Shown piece by piece: positions 8,654 through 16,763 of a stretch of DNA of 40,220 nt (position 1 is its first letter; each line of letters starts with the position of its first letter). Source of the stretch: a virus (Duplodnaviria > Heunggongvirae > Uroviricota > Caudoviricetes); IMG/VR virus record IMGVR_UViG_2671181134_000016; one strand, written 5' to 3'. Made by a program: the position numbers and the translations under genes. The notes under the pieces were generated by a model. The model made no database searches. It saw only the letters and a list, made by a program, of their open reading frames with translations, and was not told the origin of the DNA.

Positions 8654-8976
8654 CGACGTTAACTCAATGCCAGCAGCAGGTGCTGGATATGCTGATTTCT
8701 TATCAGAAAGAACGTGGCTTCCCGCCAACCGATCAGGAGGTGGCAACCATGCTGGGATACCGTTCAGTGAATGCAGCGGTGGAGCATCTTCGCGCACTGG
8801 AGAAAAAAGGCGTCATCACGATAAAGCGTGGTGTGGCCCGGGGGATCACGCTTCATACCGTGGTGAAGGACGACGACAGCGAGGCGGTCGGGATTATCCG
8901 CTCACTGCTTGCCGGTGAGGAAAACGCCAGGCTGCGTGCAGCCCATTGGTTACATGAGAGAGGCCTGAAAGTATGA
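8650..8976 (+). CDS. Small DNA-binding protein resembling the LexA N-terminal winged-helix domain
   Basis: MTTLTQCQQQVLDMLISYQKERGFPPTDQEVATMLGY... resembles the LexA DNA-binding domain; no peptidase domain. Confidence 0.55.
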   Translation: MTTLTQCQQQVLDMLISYQKERGFPPTDQEVATMLGYRSVNAAVEHLRALEKKGVITIKRGVARGITLHTVVKDDDSEAVGIIRSLLAGEENARLRAAHWLHERGLKV

Positions 8977-9362
8977 AGCTGATCCTGCCTTTTCCGCCCA
9001 GCGTGAACACGTACTGGCGACACCCCAACAAAGGGGCGTTTGCTGGTAAGAGCCTGATAAGCGCGGCGGGGCGAAAATTCCAGAGCGCGGCGTGTGCAGC
9101 AATAGTTGAGCAGTTACGTCGTCTGCCGAAACCAACGTCGGCACCTGCTTCAGTGGAGATCGTGTTGTTTCCACCGGATAACCGGATCCGCGATCTGGAC
9201 AACTATAACAAGGCGCTGTTTGACGCCCTGACCCACGCGGGTGTGTGGGAAGACGACAGTCAGGTGAAAAGAATGCTGGTGGAGTGGGGACCGGTTATCC
9301 CGGAAGGGAAGGTCGAGATCACTATCATTAAGTACGAGAAAACGGCGGGTGCAGCCGCCTGA
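8973..9362 (+). CDS. rusA: RusA Holliday-junction resolvase
   Basis: PPSVNTYW ... RDLDNYNKALFDALTHAGVWEDDSQV, characteristic of the RusA family. Confidence 0.9.
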   Translation: MKLILPFPPSVNTYWRHPNKGAFAGKSLISAAGRKFQSAACAAIVEQLRRLPKPTSAPASVEIVLFPPDNRIRDLDNYNKALFDALTHAGVWEDDSQVKRMLVEWGPVIPEGKVEITIIKYEKTAGAAA

Positions 9363-9381
9363 TTAAGAGGAGAAACGAAGT

Positions 9382-10179
9382 ATGAATAATCTGATGGTCA
9401 TTGATGGTATTGAAGTTCGTCGTGATGCTTATGGGCGTTACAGCCTGAACGATCTGCACAGGGCTGCCGGTTCTCTGGATAAGCATAAGCCTGCATTCTG
9501 GCTCCGCAATGAGCAAACTGAACGTTTAATAAGCGAGTTGCAGATTTGCAACTCGGTCAATATAGAGCCAGTTAACGTTATTCGTGGCGGAAATAACCAG
9601 GGGACGTATGTCTGCAAAGAACTGGTGTATGCCTATGCAATGTGGATCAGCCCGTCATTCCATCTGAAGGTGATCCGTACTTTCGATATGGTAACCAGCG
9701 CACCGGAAAAATTATCCGGGCAGGCTGCTGACAAGATGCAGGCTGGTGTGATTCTGCTGGACTTTATGCGCAGGGAGTTAAACCTGTCTAACTCTTCAGT
9801 GCTTGGTGCCTGTCAGAAACTCCAGGAGGCTGTTGGCTTACCGAATCTGGCACCGCGCTATGCCATTGATGCTCCTGCTGACGCGCCTGATGGCTCAAGC
9901 CGCCCCACGCTGTCACTGAGTGCACTGCTGAAGCAGTATGGTATCCGCCTGACAGCTAATCAGGCATATCACCAGATGGTGAAGCTGGGGATCGTCGAGC
10001 AGCGCGAACGATACAGCCGTACCGCGATTAACAACATCAAAAAATTCTGGTCGCTGACGGCGAAAGGCTGCATGTTCGGCAAGAACATCACCAGTCCTGC
10101 AAATCCGCGCGAGACGCAGCCGCATTTCTTCGAATCCCGATTCCCTGAGCTGTTAAAGCTGCTTGATACCGTTCATTGA
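9382..10179 (+). CDS. KilA-N domain protein
   Basis: N-terminal KilA-N-like segment (VIDGIEVRRDAYGRYSLNDLHRAAG...); AGAGGAG Shine-Dalgarno. Confidence 0.75.
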   Translation: MNNLMVIDGIEVRRDAYGRYSLNDLHRAAGSLDKHKPAFWLRNEQTERLISELQICNSVNIEPVNVIRGGNNQGTYVCKELVYAYAMWISPSFHLKVIRTFDMVTSAPEKLSGQAADKMQAGVILLDFMRRELNLSNSSVLGACQKLQEAVGLPNLAPRYAIDAPADAPDGSSRPTLSLSALLKQYGIRLTANQAYHQMVKLGIVEQRERYSRTAINNIKKFWSLTAKGCMFGKNITSPANPRETQPHFFESRFPELLKLLDTVH

Positions 10180-10186
10180 GGTGACT

Positions 10187-11176
10187 GTGAGAGCACTACT
10201 GACCCCTGAAATTGCCCCGCGTATGGGGATCGTATTGTTCAGACCAGGTTCAGAGCTGATGCCCCTGTTTATGCAGGGGCGTGTCCTGCTGGAGCCTGAG
10301 CCGGAACGTTATTCATCTTTCGCCAGTGGTGCCGTTCCGGCGGCATCACAACCGCTGGCGGATGATCCTGCCGTTCGGGCCGTGTTCCGCAATGAGGCAG
10401 TGATCCGTCGTGCTGGTGGCGTGGAATGTCTTGAAAGCTGGTTACTTCGTGAAAAAGGCTGCCAGTGGCTTCATTCCGACTGGCACAGCGAGAACATGAC
10501 CACAATGCGGCACGCTCCGGGAGCAATTCGTCTGTGCTGGCACTGCGATAACCAGCTGCGCGATCAGTTCACGGAACGGCTGGAATCAATGGCAACGGAT
10601 AACTGTGCCCGCTGGGTGTTATCTGTTGTGCGCCGTGATCTCGGTTTTGATGATAGTCACGTTGTGACAATTCCGGAACTGTGCTGGTGGCTGATTCGTA
10701 ATGACCTGGCGGATGCCTTACCGGAAAGTGCAGCCCGTAAGGCACTGAGATTACCGAAGCCTGTTGTGCCGTCTGTCACCCGGGAAAGTGACCTTGTGCC
10801 TTCGGTTCCTGCCACCAGCATCATCCAGGATAAGGCGAAAAAGGTGCTGGCGCTGAAAGTGGATCCGGAGTCGCCGGAGTCTTTTATGTTACGCCCAAAA
10901 CGTCGCCGCTGGGTTAATGAAAAGTACACGCGCTGGGTTAAGACGCAGCCGTGTGCATGTTGTGGAAAGCCTGCTGATGATCCCCACCACCTGATAGGCC
11001 ACGGTCAGGGTGGAATGGGTACAAAAGCGCATGATCTCTTTGTGTTGCCTTTGTGCAGAAAGCATCACGACGAACTGCATGCGGATACCGTGGCATTTGA
11101 AGAGAAGTATGGCTCCCAGCTGGAGCTGATATTTCGTTTTATCGATCGTGCGCTGGCAATTGGCGTGCTGGCCTGA
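10187..11176 (+). CDS. DUF968-type protein (YdfU-like; Cys/His-rich C-terminus CACCGKPADDPHHLIGHGQGG...CRKHHDELH)
   Basis: C-terminal HNH-like Cys/His cluster; probable GTG start at 10187 with GAGG upstream (track start is TTG). Confidence 0.65.
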   Translation: MRALLTPEIAPRMGIVLFRPGSELMPLFMQGRVLLEPEPERYSSFASGAVPAASQPLADDPAVRAVFRNEAVIRRAGGVECLESWLLREKGCQWLHSDWHSENMTTMRHAPGAIRLCWHCDNQLRDQFTERLESMATDNCARWVLSVVRRDLGFDDSHVVTIPELCWWLIRNDLADALPESAARKALRLPKPVVPSVTRESDLVPSVPATSIIQDKAKKVLALKVDPESPESFMLRPKRRRWVNEKYTRWVKTQPCACCGKPADDPHHLIGHGQGGMGTKAHDLFVLPLCRKHHDELHADTVAFEEKYGSQLELIFRFIDRALAIGVLA

Positions 11177-11193
11177 TTTTGTGGAGAAGGTTG

Positions 11194-11544
11194 ATGCGTG
11201 ATATGTATGAAGTATTGGACCGCTGGGGAGCATGGGCTGCAGCAGATAACAGTGGTGTGGACTGGCAGCCTGTTGCTGCAGGGTTTAAAGGTTTACTACC
11301 TCATGGAAAGAAAACACGCCAACAATGCGATGATGATGAAGGAATCATGATTGACAGCTGTGTTGCGCGATTGCGGAAATATAAGCCAGAAGAATATGAA
11401 CTGATCATTGCTCACTTTGTTATCGGTATTTCACTCCGTTCAATAGCAAAGAAACGGAAATGCTCTGACGGGTCAATCAGAAAACAACTTCAAGCAGCAA
11501 TAGGAGTGATTGAAGGTATTTTGTTGATTATTAAGCCCCTGTAG
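11194..11544 (+). CDS. Q: Late-gene antiterminator Q (phage 82 / QuuD type)
   Basis: MRDMYEVLDRWGAWAA...FKGLLP... closely resembles remembered E. coli QuuD (MRDIQQVLERWGAWAA...); GGAGAAGG Shine-Dalgarno. Confidence 0.85.
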   Translation: MRDMYEVLDRWGAWAAADNSGVDWQPVAAGFKGLLPHGKKTRQQCDDDEGIMIDSCVARLRKYKPEEYELIIAHFVIGISLRSIAKKRKCSDGSIRKQLQAAIGVIEGILLIIKPL

Positions 11545-11550
11545 GGCTTA
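11532..11550. terminator. Hairpin at the convergent junction of Q and the reverse cassette (putative bidirectional terminator)
   Basis: TAAGCCC-ctgta-GGGCTTA, overlapping both stop codons; no clean T-run. Confidence 0.4.
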
Positions 11551-12132
11551 ATAATTCATATGAATTCTGTTTCCGAGATAATATAATCCAAAGAAAGTTG
11601 ATACTAAGAGTTGCCAAACGAGGAAAGTAAATACAACAGTATAAACCATTAAAACAATACTGTTTTGATAGACATTGATTAATGGTGAAAATATAGCATT
11701 AAGTATTATTATAACAATGCTTAATGCTGTTAAAAAAGAGAATAGCATGCAAAGAAATAAGCGTCTGGTCAGAACCTCCTCTGAATTTACTACTTTTCCA
11801 TTTTCTTTTGTTACTTTTATTTCAATAGAGGCATTTCTTTCATTGCTAATCAATGGTAAATCAATCTCAGCTCTATTGAAAGTTGCTATGGCGGCCAGAG
11901 CGGCAATATAAAACCCTGGTAGGTTAGAGATAAATGAAACGATTGATTTAATGAAACCATTGTCATCAAATAAATCTTTGACAGGGATTTTTAATAGAAT
12001 GAAAAGTACTGCTGTGATAGAAGTAAGTAGAATTGGTGCTACCCAATCATATGCAGCTTTGCCGCTAATACCTTTAATAAAAAGATATCCAAACGGCTTG
12101 CCTAGATGAGAGAAAACTGAAAGTATTGGCAT
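11548..12132 (-). CDS. Cassette gene C: 4-TM integral membrane protein of unknown family
   Basis: 194 aa with four hydrophobic spans; GAGG before ATG at 12132; AT-rich; last gene of a three-gene operon. Confidence 0.7.
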   Translation of the reverse strand: MPILSVFSHLGKPFGYLFIKGISGKAAYDWVAPILLTSITAVLFILLKIPVKDLFDDNGFIKSIVSFISNLPGFYIAALAAIATFNRAEIDLPLISNERNASIEIKVTKENGKVVNSEEVLTRRLFLCMLFSFLTALSIVIIILNAIFSPLINVYQNSIVLMVYTVVFTFLVWQLLVSTFFGLYYLGNRIHMNY

Positions 12133-12139
12133 AATAACC

Positions 12140-12559
12140 TCACATCAAATCTATCATTTTCACAACAAACTCTAGTTCAATTTTAACATATGAATCCTTC
12201 AGGCGCGAATTAAAGTTATCGATAATGCTTTTCTTAATAAATGTTTTTTCTAAATTATTAAGATTGATGTTTGAGGTTTTGAAATCAACCTGCCTTGGTT
12301 TATTTGTTTCAGGATCTTGGAATTTAACCTTTAATTTATCATAACCACCATTCATTTTTTTATTGAAATGAGATGCTACATTTTTAATCCATCCAATAAC
12401 ATTGTCACCATGATTTGGAAGTAATTTTAATGTACTTTCAGTCGGAATGTAAGGTGAATTAACATCAGGAGCATTAATTGTTCCGAATTGATCCTTGACT
12501 AATATGACATCTGATAATCCTTTTTGGCTTATTTTATTAAAAAGCTCCTTGTCTAACAT
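12140..12559 (-). CDS. Cassette gene B: soluble protein of unknown family
   Basis: 139 aa; ATG overlaps stop of gene A (ATGTTAG), indicating translational coupling. Confidence 0.65.
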   Translation of the reverse strand: MLDKELFNKISQKGLSDVILVKDQFGTINAPDVNSPYIPTESTLKLLPNHGDNVIGWIKNVASHFNKKMNGGYDKLKVKFQDPETNKPRQVDFKTSNINLNNLEKTFIKKSIIDNFNSRLKDSYVKIELEFVVKMIDLM

Positions 12560-13161
12560 TCCTGTAAATTCAAATATTGGTTTGTATCGTATTTTACTTC
12601 TTTTTTTGATGTTGCAGAAATAACGTTAGTTGGATGTTTTGCGGTAAATAAGTCTTCATTGTCTTTCGCCACTTCAAAGAGAATTTTGTCTAAAAAACTA
12701 TTTAACCGGGCCGTAGATACACCTGGGGTAGATGTACAAATCATATCATAGGTTCTTTTATTTCCATTTAATGATATGACAACATAGGTAGAAACTTCAT
12801 AGCCTTCACCTTGTTCATATTTTGGTTGGATTTCAACGCGTTCATTAGTATTTGTATTTTTTACAACGGTAGTACTTCCATTTTTATCAACACTATTAAT
12901 AAGAAGGACAATATGCGTGGGTGAGTTATCTGGAAGTAAAGGATAAAGTTGTACATCTTGGAGAGTAACTACAATATTCCCAGAATCATATGAATGAACG
13001 AGTCCCTTTTGTTTAACAATCAATGGGGCAAGCATGTACATTTCCGGAACAGGACATATACACTGGGCTTTTACCTCTTGTGTTGCCTTGGTTCTAAACT
13101 TTGTGTCAATGGTCAGACTATGATGAGTAACGAGTCTTTCGCTAGCATTTAATTTTGCCAT
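12553..13161 (-). CDS. Cassette gene A: soluble beta-rich protein of unknown family
   Basis: 202 aa; ATG at 13161; AT-rich; first gene of the reverse-oriented operon inserted between Q and the late operon. Confidence 0.65.
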   Translation of the reverse strand: MAKLNASERLVTHHSLTIDTKFRTKATQEVKAQCICPVPEMYMLAPLIVKQKGLVHSYDSGNIVVTLQDVQLYPLLPDNSPTHIVLLINSVDKNGSTTVVKNTNTNERVEIQPKYEQGEGYEVSTYVVISLNGNKRTYDMICTSTPGVSTARLNSFLDKILFEVAKDNEDLFTAKHPTNVISATSKKEVKYDTNQYLNLQEC

Positions 13162-13189
13162 GAAATCATCCGATTATGATTTTTCGATT

Positions 13190-13300
13190 TATTTGTTAAT
13201 CTTACAAAAACGCTAACGCGTACGCAAAAATTATTGTATCGTGTTAAGAGTGGTTACTTCGCCACACAGCTTAAACCCGCCGTCGAGCGGGTTTTGTCGT
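13190..13300 (+). promoter_or_regulatory. Probable late promoter (pR'-like) region with Q-utilisation site and short terminated leader
   Basis: AT-rich region upstream of the holin ending in the hairpin ACCCGC-cgtcga-GCGGGT + TTTT at 13274-13300; exact -35/-10 not resolved. Confidence 0.4.
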
Positions 13301-13446
13301 TTCTGGGGCTGGGGATTCGTTGGTCCTGGTCTATTCCGCAGTTATCCATTGGTTCGGCTTCTTTGACGTTTCCGCTTCTAATTTGCTGTACATGATGTTC
13401 CCTCAATTTGCACCTGCTGTATCAGCGAGGTGAGAGATAACTACAA

Positions 13447-13773
13447 ATGCCTCATAACCCAAATACCTGGCTGGAGTTGTTCCAGAGCTGGTGGCGTGGA
13501 GACACACCGCTGGGCGCAGTGATTATGTCGATCGTTATGGCTGGCTTGCGCATTGCCTATTTTGGCGGTGGTGGTGGCTGGAAACGAAAAACGCTCGAGA
13601 TTTTGCTCTGTGGTGCTCTGACGCTGACTTTTGCATCCGCTCTTGAGTATGTCGGATGGCCTAAATCTCTTTCTGTTGCCATTGGTGGCGGCGTTGGGCT
13701 GATCGGGGTCGATGCTATTCGTGGGGCTGCAATGAGAGTAATCGGTAATAAGTTTGGTGGCTCTAAGGAGTAA
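13447..13773 (+). CDS. Holin, lambda S-like class I (3 TM)
   Basis: Three hydrophobic segments, charged C-terminal tail; immediately upstream of the endolysin. Confidence 0.8.
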   Translation: MPHNPNTWLELFQSWWRGDTPLGAVIMSIVMAGLRIAYFGGGGGWKRKTLEILLCGALTLTFASALEYVGWPKSLSVAIGGGVGLIGVDAIRGAAMRVIGNKFGGSKE

Positions 13774-13776
13774 TTT

Positions 13777-14253
13777 ATGCAGGTACTAAATTCCCAGCGT
13801 AAAGCTTTCCTGGATATGGTGGCATGGTCAGAGGGAACGGATAACGGGCGACAACCGACACGTAACCACGGTTATGACGTTATTGTCGGTGGAGAACTCT
13901 TCACTGATTACTCCGATCACCCTCGCAAGCTTGTCACGCTAAACCCGAAACTCAAATCAACAGCTGCAGGCCGTTATCAACTTCTTTCGCGCTGGTGGGA
14001 TGCTTACCGCAAGCAGTTAGGGCTGACAGACTTCTCTCCTAAAAGCCAGGATGCTGTTGCATTACAGCAGATTAAAGAGCGTGGCGCTTTACCGATGATT
14101 GATCGCGGCGATATTCGTCAGGCTATCGATCGTTGCAGCAATATCTGGGCGTCGTTACCTGGTGCAGGTTACGGTCAGTATGAACATAAAATCGGTGACC
14201 TGATTTCCCGGTTTAAAGAGGCTGGTGGGGTGGTAAATGAAGTTGAGCTATAA
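13777..14253 (+). CDS. R: Endolysin, lambda R-type lytic transglycosylase
   Basis: Near-identical over most of its length to remembered lambda R (NQRKAFLDM.AWSEGTDNGRQ.TRNHGYDVIVGGELFTDYSDHPRKLVTLNPKLKS...). Confidence 0.95.
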   Translation: MQVLNSQRKAFLDMVAWSEGTDNGRQPTRNHGYDVIVGGELFTDYSDHPRKLVTLNPKLKSTAAGRYQLLSRWWDAYRKQLGLTDFSPKSQDAVALQQIKERGALPMIDRGDIRQAIDRCSNIWASLPGAGYGQYEHKIGDLISRFKEAGGVVNEVEL

Positions 14254-14629
14254 GCTGGTTATCGCTGCATTCTTCTTTACTGTCATCGGTTCTTTCATCT
14301 GGTCTGCCAACCACTACTACAGCAAATATCAGCACGAAAAGAAACGTGCTGATGAGGCTGTACAAAATGCTGAATCTGCAACAGCCATTACCCGTAACGT
14401 CCTGCAATCACTGCAAATCGTCAATACAGTTATAGAGGTTAACCAGCATGCAAAACAGCAGATCGCACTGGAGTCACAGAGAACCCAGAAAGATATCAAA
14501 GTGGCTGTTGCGGATGATGATTGTGCTGCACGCCTTGTGCCTGCTGCCGCTGCTGAGCGGTTGCGGAAGTACGCGGACAGTTTACGTACAAGTTCCGGCA
14601 GTACCACTCCCGACGAATCTGATCGCTGA
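14237..14629 (+). CDS. Rz: Rz-like i-spanin
   Basis: N-terminal TM anchor followed by coiled-coil-like periplasmic domain; overlaps end of R. Confidence 0.7.
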   Translation: MKLSYKLVIAAFFFTVIGSFIWSANHYYSKYQHEKKRADEAVQNAESATAITRNVLQSLQIVNTVIEVNQHAKQQIALESQRTQKDIKVAVADDDCAARLVPAAAAERLRKYADSLRTSSGSTTPDESDR

Positions 14630-14771
14630 AACCTCGCAACCAGTTATTCCTGAGCCGCTGACTTTTGAGGGCAGCCTAGATTTGAACGTTAGTCTGTTAT
14701 CGGCGTTGGGTCAATGTAACCTTGACAAGGCTAGCATCAGACGGATTGAACAATCACGATTCTCACAATAG
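14514..14771 (+). CDS. Rz1: Rz1-like o-spanin lipoprotein in the +1 frame, overlapping and extending beyond Rz
   Basis: MMIVLHALCLLPLLSGC lipobox, proline-rich mature region. Confidence 0.65.
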   Translation: MMIVLHALCLLPLLSGCGSTRTVYVQVPAVPLPTNLIAETSQPVIPEPLTFEGSLDLNVSLLSALGQCNLDKASIRRIEQSRFSQ

Positions 14772-14947
14772 CGAGTTTTTATCATAAGAAAGGTGCTTTT
14801 CACTAAATCCCTGCATTTGAAGCTGAAGATGGAAAGAAACGCTACTGGGTATACTACTACTGGTCGCTTATTCTGAATCAGAAGAGAACGGCGTCCTTCA
14901 GCTCGAAGAGTCGGCTATAAACAGGCACTTTGGGTGCCTGTTAATGA

Positions 14948-15289
14948 TTAGTCCTGCATGAATCTCTCTCTTTCTATTTCATAACCGTCGCTTTCTTCTC
15001 GGCAGTTTTGACATAAGAGATCTCCATAGTAACCTTGTAAGTTATAAGCTTCTTCTAGCTCATAGCCAGAGATAACCTTAGAGCAACCGTTATGGTGCCC
15101 GCCTGGATTTCTAACACCACCACATGGGTGAGAAAGGAAAGGTTGCAATACCCTCTTTTGCGGTGCAGAAAGACTATCAAATCCTTTGGTTACAGCTAAC
15201 TTAGCGATTCCACTAACTTTACCATCTTCATGATAAAATGCGTCACAATTAAGCATTGTATTGAGTAATGATTCTACTTCGTCAGACAC
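14948..15289 (-). CDS. Cys/His-rich hypothetical protein (moron at the bor position); start uncertain (GTG 15289 with AGAGAGG, or ATG 15256)
   Basis: C..HPCGG..HHNGC..CQNC pattern suggests a zinc-binding fold; reverse orientation downstream of lysis genes. Confidence 0.5.
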   Translation of the reverse strand: MSDEVESLLNTMLNCDAFYHEDGKVSGIAKLAVTKGFDSLSAPQKRVLQPFLSHPCGGVRNPGGHHNGCSKVISGYELEEAYNLQGYYGDLLCQNCREESDGYEIERERFMQD

Positions 15290-15461
15290 TGGAAATACCT
15301 CTCTATAAACAAAAGTAATAGCTATCACACAAAGCTTAAGCACATAAACTAAAATAAATCAAAATGTTAATGATAATCGTATAGTAAAAAGAAAAGGCTG
15401 AAGTAGCCGAGAGGTAGCAATAGCAGGTTAAGGCAGGCACTTAGTAAGTGCCTGCCACTGG

Positions 15462-15671
15462 TTAGTAACAAGATGGTGTATTGTTGAATCTGTAAGAGAG
15501 GCGAACTATTTCAGAAACCCCTTTTCGGTTTAACAATCGCCTTATATTCTCTGGATTTTTGTAAATAAAAGGATTCCTTAGATCCTCGAACACTCCTCCT
15601 GCAATGCAAATCAAATATTCCAGATCTTCTTGTGTTGGTAAGGTTGAAAGTTTGTTATTTGCATTATTCAT
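15462..15671 (-). CDS. Small hypothetical protein (69 aa)
   Basis: ATG at 15671 with strong AGGAG Shine-Dalgarno; perfect palindrome GGCAGGCACTTA/TAAGTGCCTGCC just downstream. Confidence 0.5.
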   Translation of the reverse strand: MNNANNKLSTLPTQEDLEYLICIAGGVFEDLRNPFIYKNPENIRRLLNRKGVSEIVRLSYRFNNTPSCY

Positions 15672-15792
15672 TTTACAGCTCCTAATTATTGCCGTTATTG
15701 GCGTGGTGCATGATAGGAAGTTTGTGATTTTTAACGGTAGCTGGGGCAAGCTTTTTGTGAATCCTATGCACATCATCAAATCGAGTTTTTTA

Positions 15793-16143
15793 ATGCCACA
15801 ACGAACCCCAAAAGCCTGCCGTGTTCGCGGCTGCCGCCATACCACTACTGACCCGTCAGGCTACTGCGAAAGCCACAAAAGCGAAGGCTGGAAGCAATAC
15901 AAGCCAGGCCAGTCCCGACACCAGCGCGGTTATGGTTCGAAATGGGATGTTATCCGTGAACGTGTGCTCAAGCGTGACAAAGGCCTGTGTCAGTTGTGCC
16001 TGCGTGTCGGTGTGGTGCGTGAGGCGAAAACCGTTGACCACATCATCCCTAAAGCGCATGGCGGCACTGATGCAGACTGCAATCTGCAGAGCCTGTGCTG
16101 GCCGTGTCATAAGGCGAAGACGGCCCGTGAACGGCTAAAGTGA
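15793..16143 (+). CDS. HNH endonuclease (terminase-associated)
   Basis: Cys/His motifs CRVRGCRHTT...CESH ... DHIIPKAHGGTDADCNLQSLCWPCHKAKT. Confidence 0.85.
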   Translation: MPQRTPKACRVRGCRHTTTDPSGYCESHKSEGWKQYKPGQSRHQRGYGSKWDVIRERVLKRDKGLCQLCLRVGVVREAKTVDHIIPKAHGGTDADCNLQSLCWPCHKAKTARERLK

Positions 16144-16167
16144 TAATAATTCTCAACTGCCAGTGGG

Positions 16168-16226
16168 GAGGGGCGGGTCAAATCCCTGTGACCTGACGTC
16201 TTCCGGACTGCCCGCCCCATCGTTTT
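16168..16226 (+). terminator. GC-rich hairpin with T-run between HNH and small terminase genes (terminator; possibly part of the cos region)
   Basis: GGGGCGGG ... CCCGCCCC stem followed by atcgttttttt. Confidence 0.45.
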
Positions 16227-16268
16227 TTTATACCCGCGAAAAATGAAATTTAACCAGGAGTGCCGCAT

Positions 16269-16763
16269 ATGGCTGGAACGGCGGGGCGTTCCGGGCGTCG
16301 CCCCAAGCCAACGGCGCGCAAGGCGCTGGCCGGAAACCCCGGCAAGCGAGCCCTGAACAAAGATGAACCTGTTTTTACGCCCATCAAAGGTGTTGAGCCA
16401 CCGGAGTGGTTCGCTGAAGAAGATCTCCCTCTCGCCACGATCATGTGGCAACTGACAACCAAAGAACTCTGCGGTCAGGGCCTGTTGTGCGTGACTGACC
16501 TGGCGGTACTTGAGCTGTGGTGCGTGGCCTATGAGTTCTGGCGACGTGCCGTGAAAAATATTGCCAGCCAGGGCAACACCATCACCGGTGCAATGGGCGG
16601 TATGGTCAAAAATCCGGAGCTGACCGCCAAAAAAGAACAGGAGTCCGAGATGAGCAGTACGGGGGCAATGCTCGGACTCGACCCCAGCAGCCGCCAGCGT
16701 CTGATTGGCCTGGCGGGGAAGAAGAAAGCCACTAACCCGTTTCTGAAAATCATCGAATCATGA
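16269..16763 (+). CDS. Terminase small subunit (P27 family)
   Basis: [14 protein letters not shown]... typical P27-family N-terminus; CAGGAG Shine-Dalgarno. Confidence 0.8.
   Translation: MAGTAGRSGRRPKPTARKALAGNPGKRALNKDEPVFTPIKGVEPPEWFAEEDLPLATIMWQLTTKELCGQGLLCVTDLAVLELWCVAYEFWRRAVKNIASQGNTITGAMGGMVKNPELTAKKEQESEMSSTGAMLGLDPSSRQRLIGLAGKKKATNPFLKIIES

Noticed and set aside
14237-14771. Apparent truncation of Rz relative to lambda with Rz1 running past its stop
   Set aside because: Overlapped (rather than embedded) spanin gene pairs are a known natural arrangement; not evidence of a defect.
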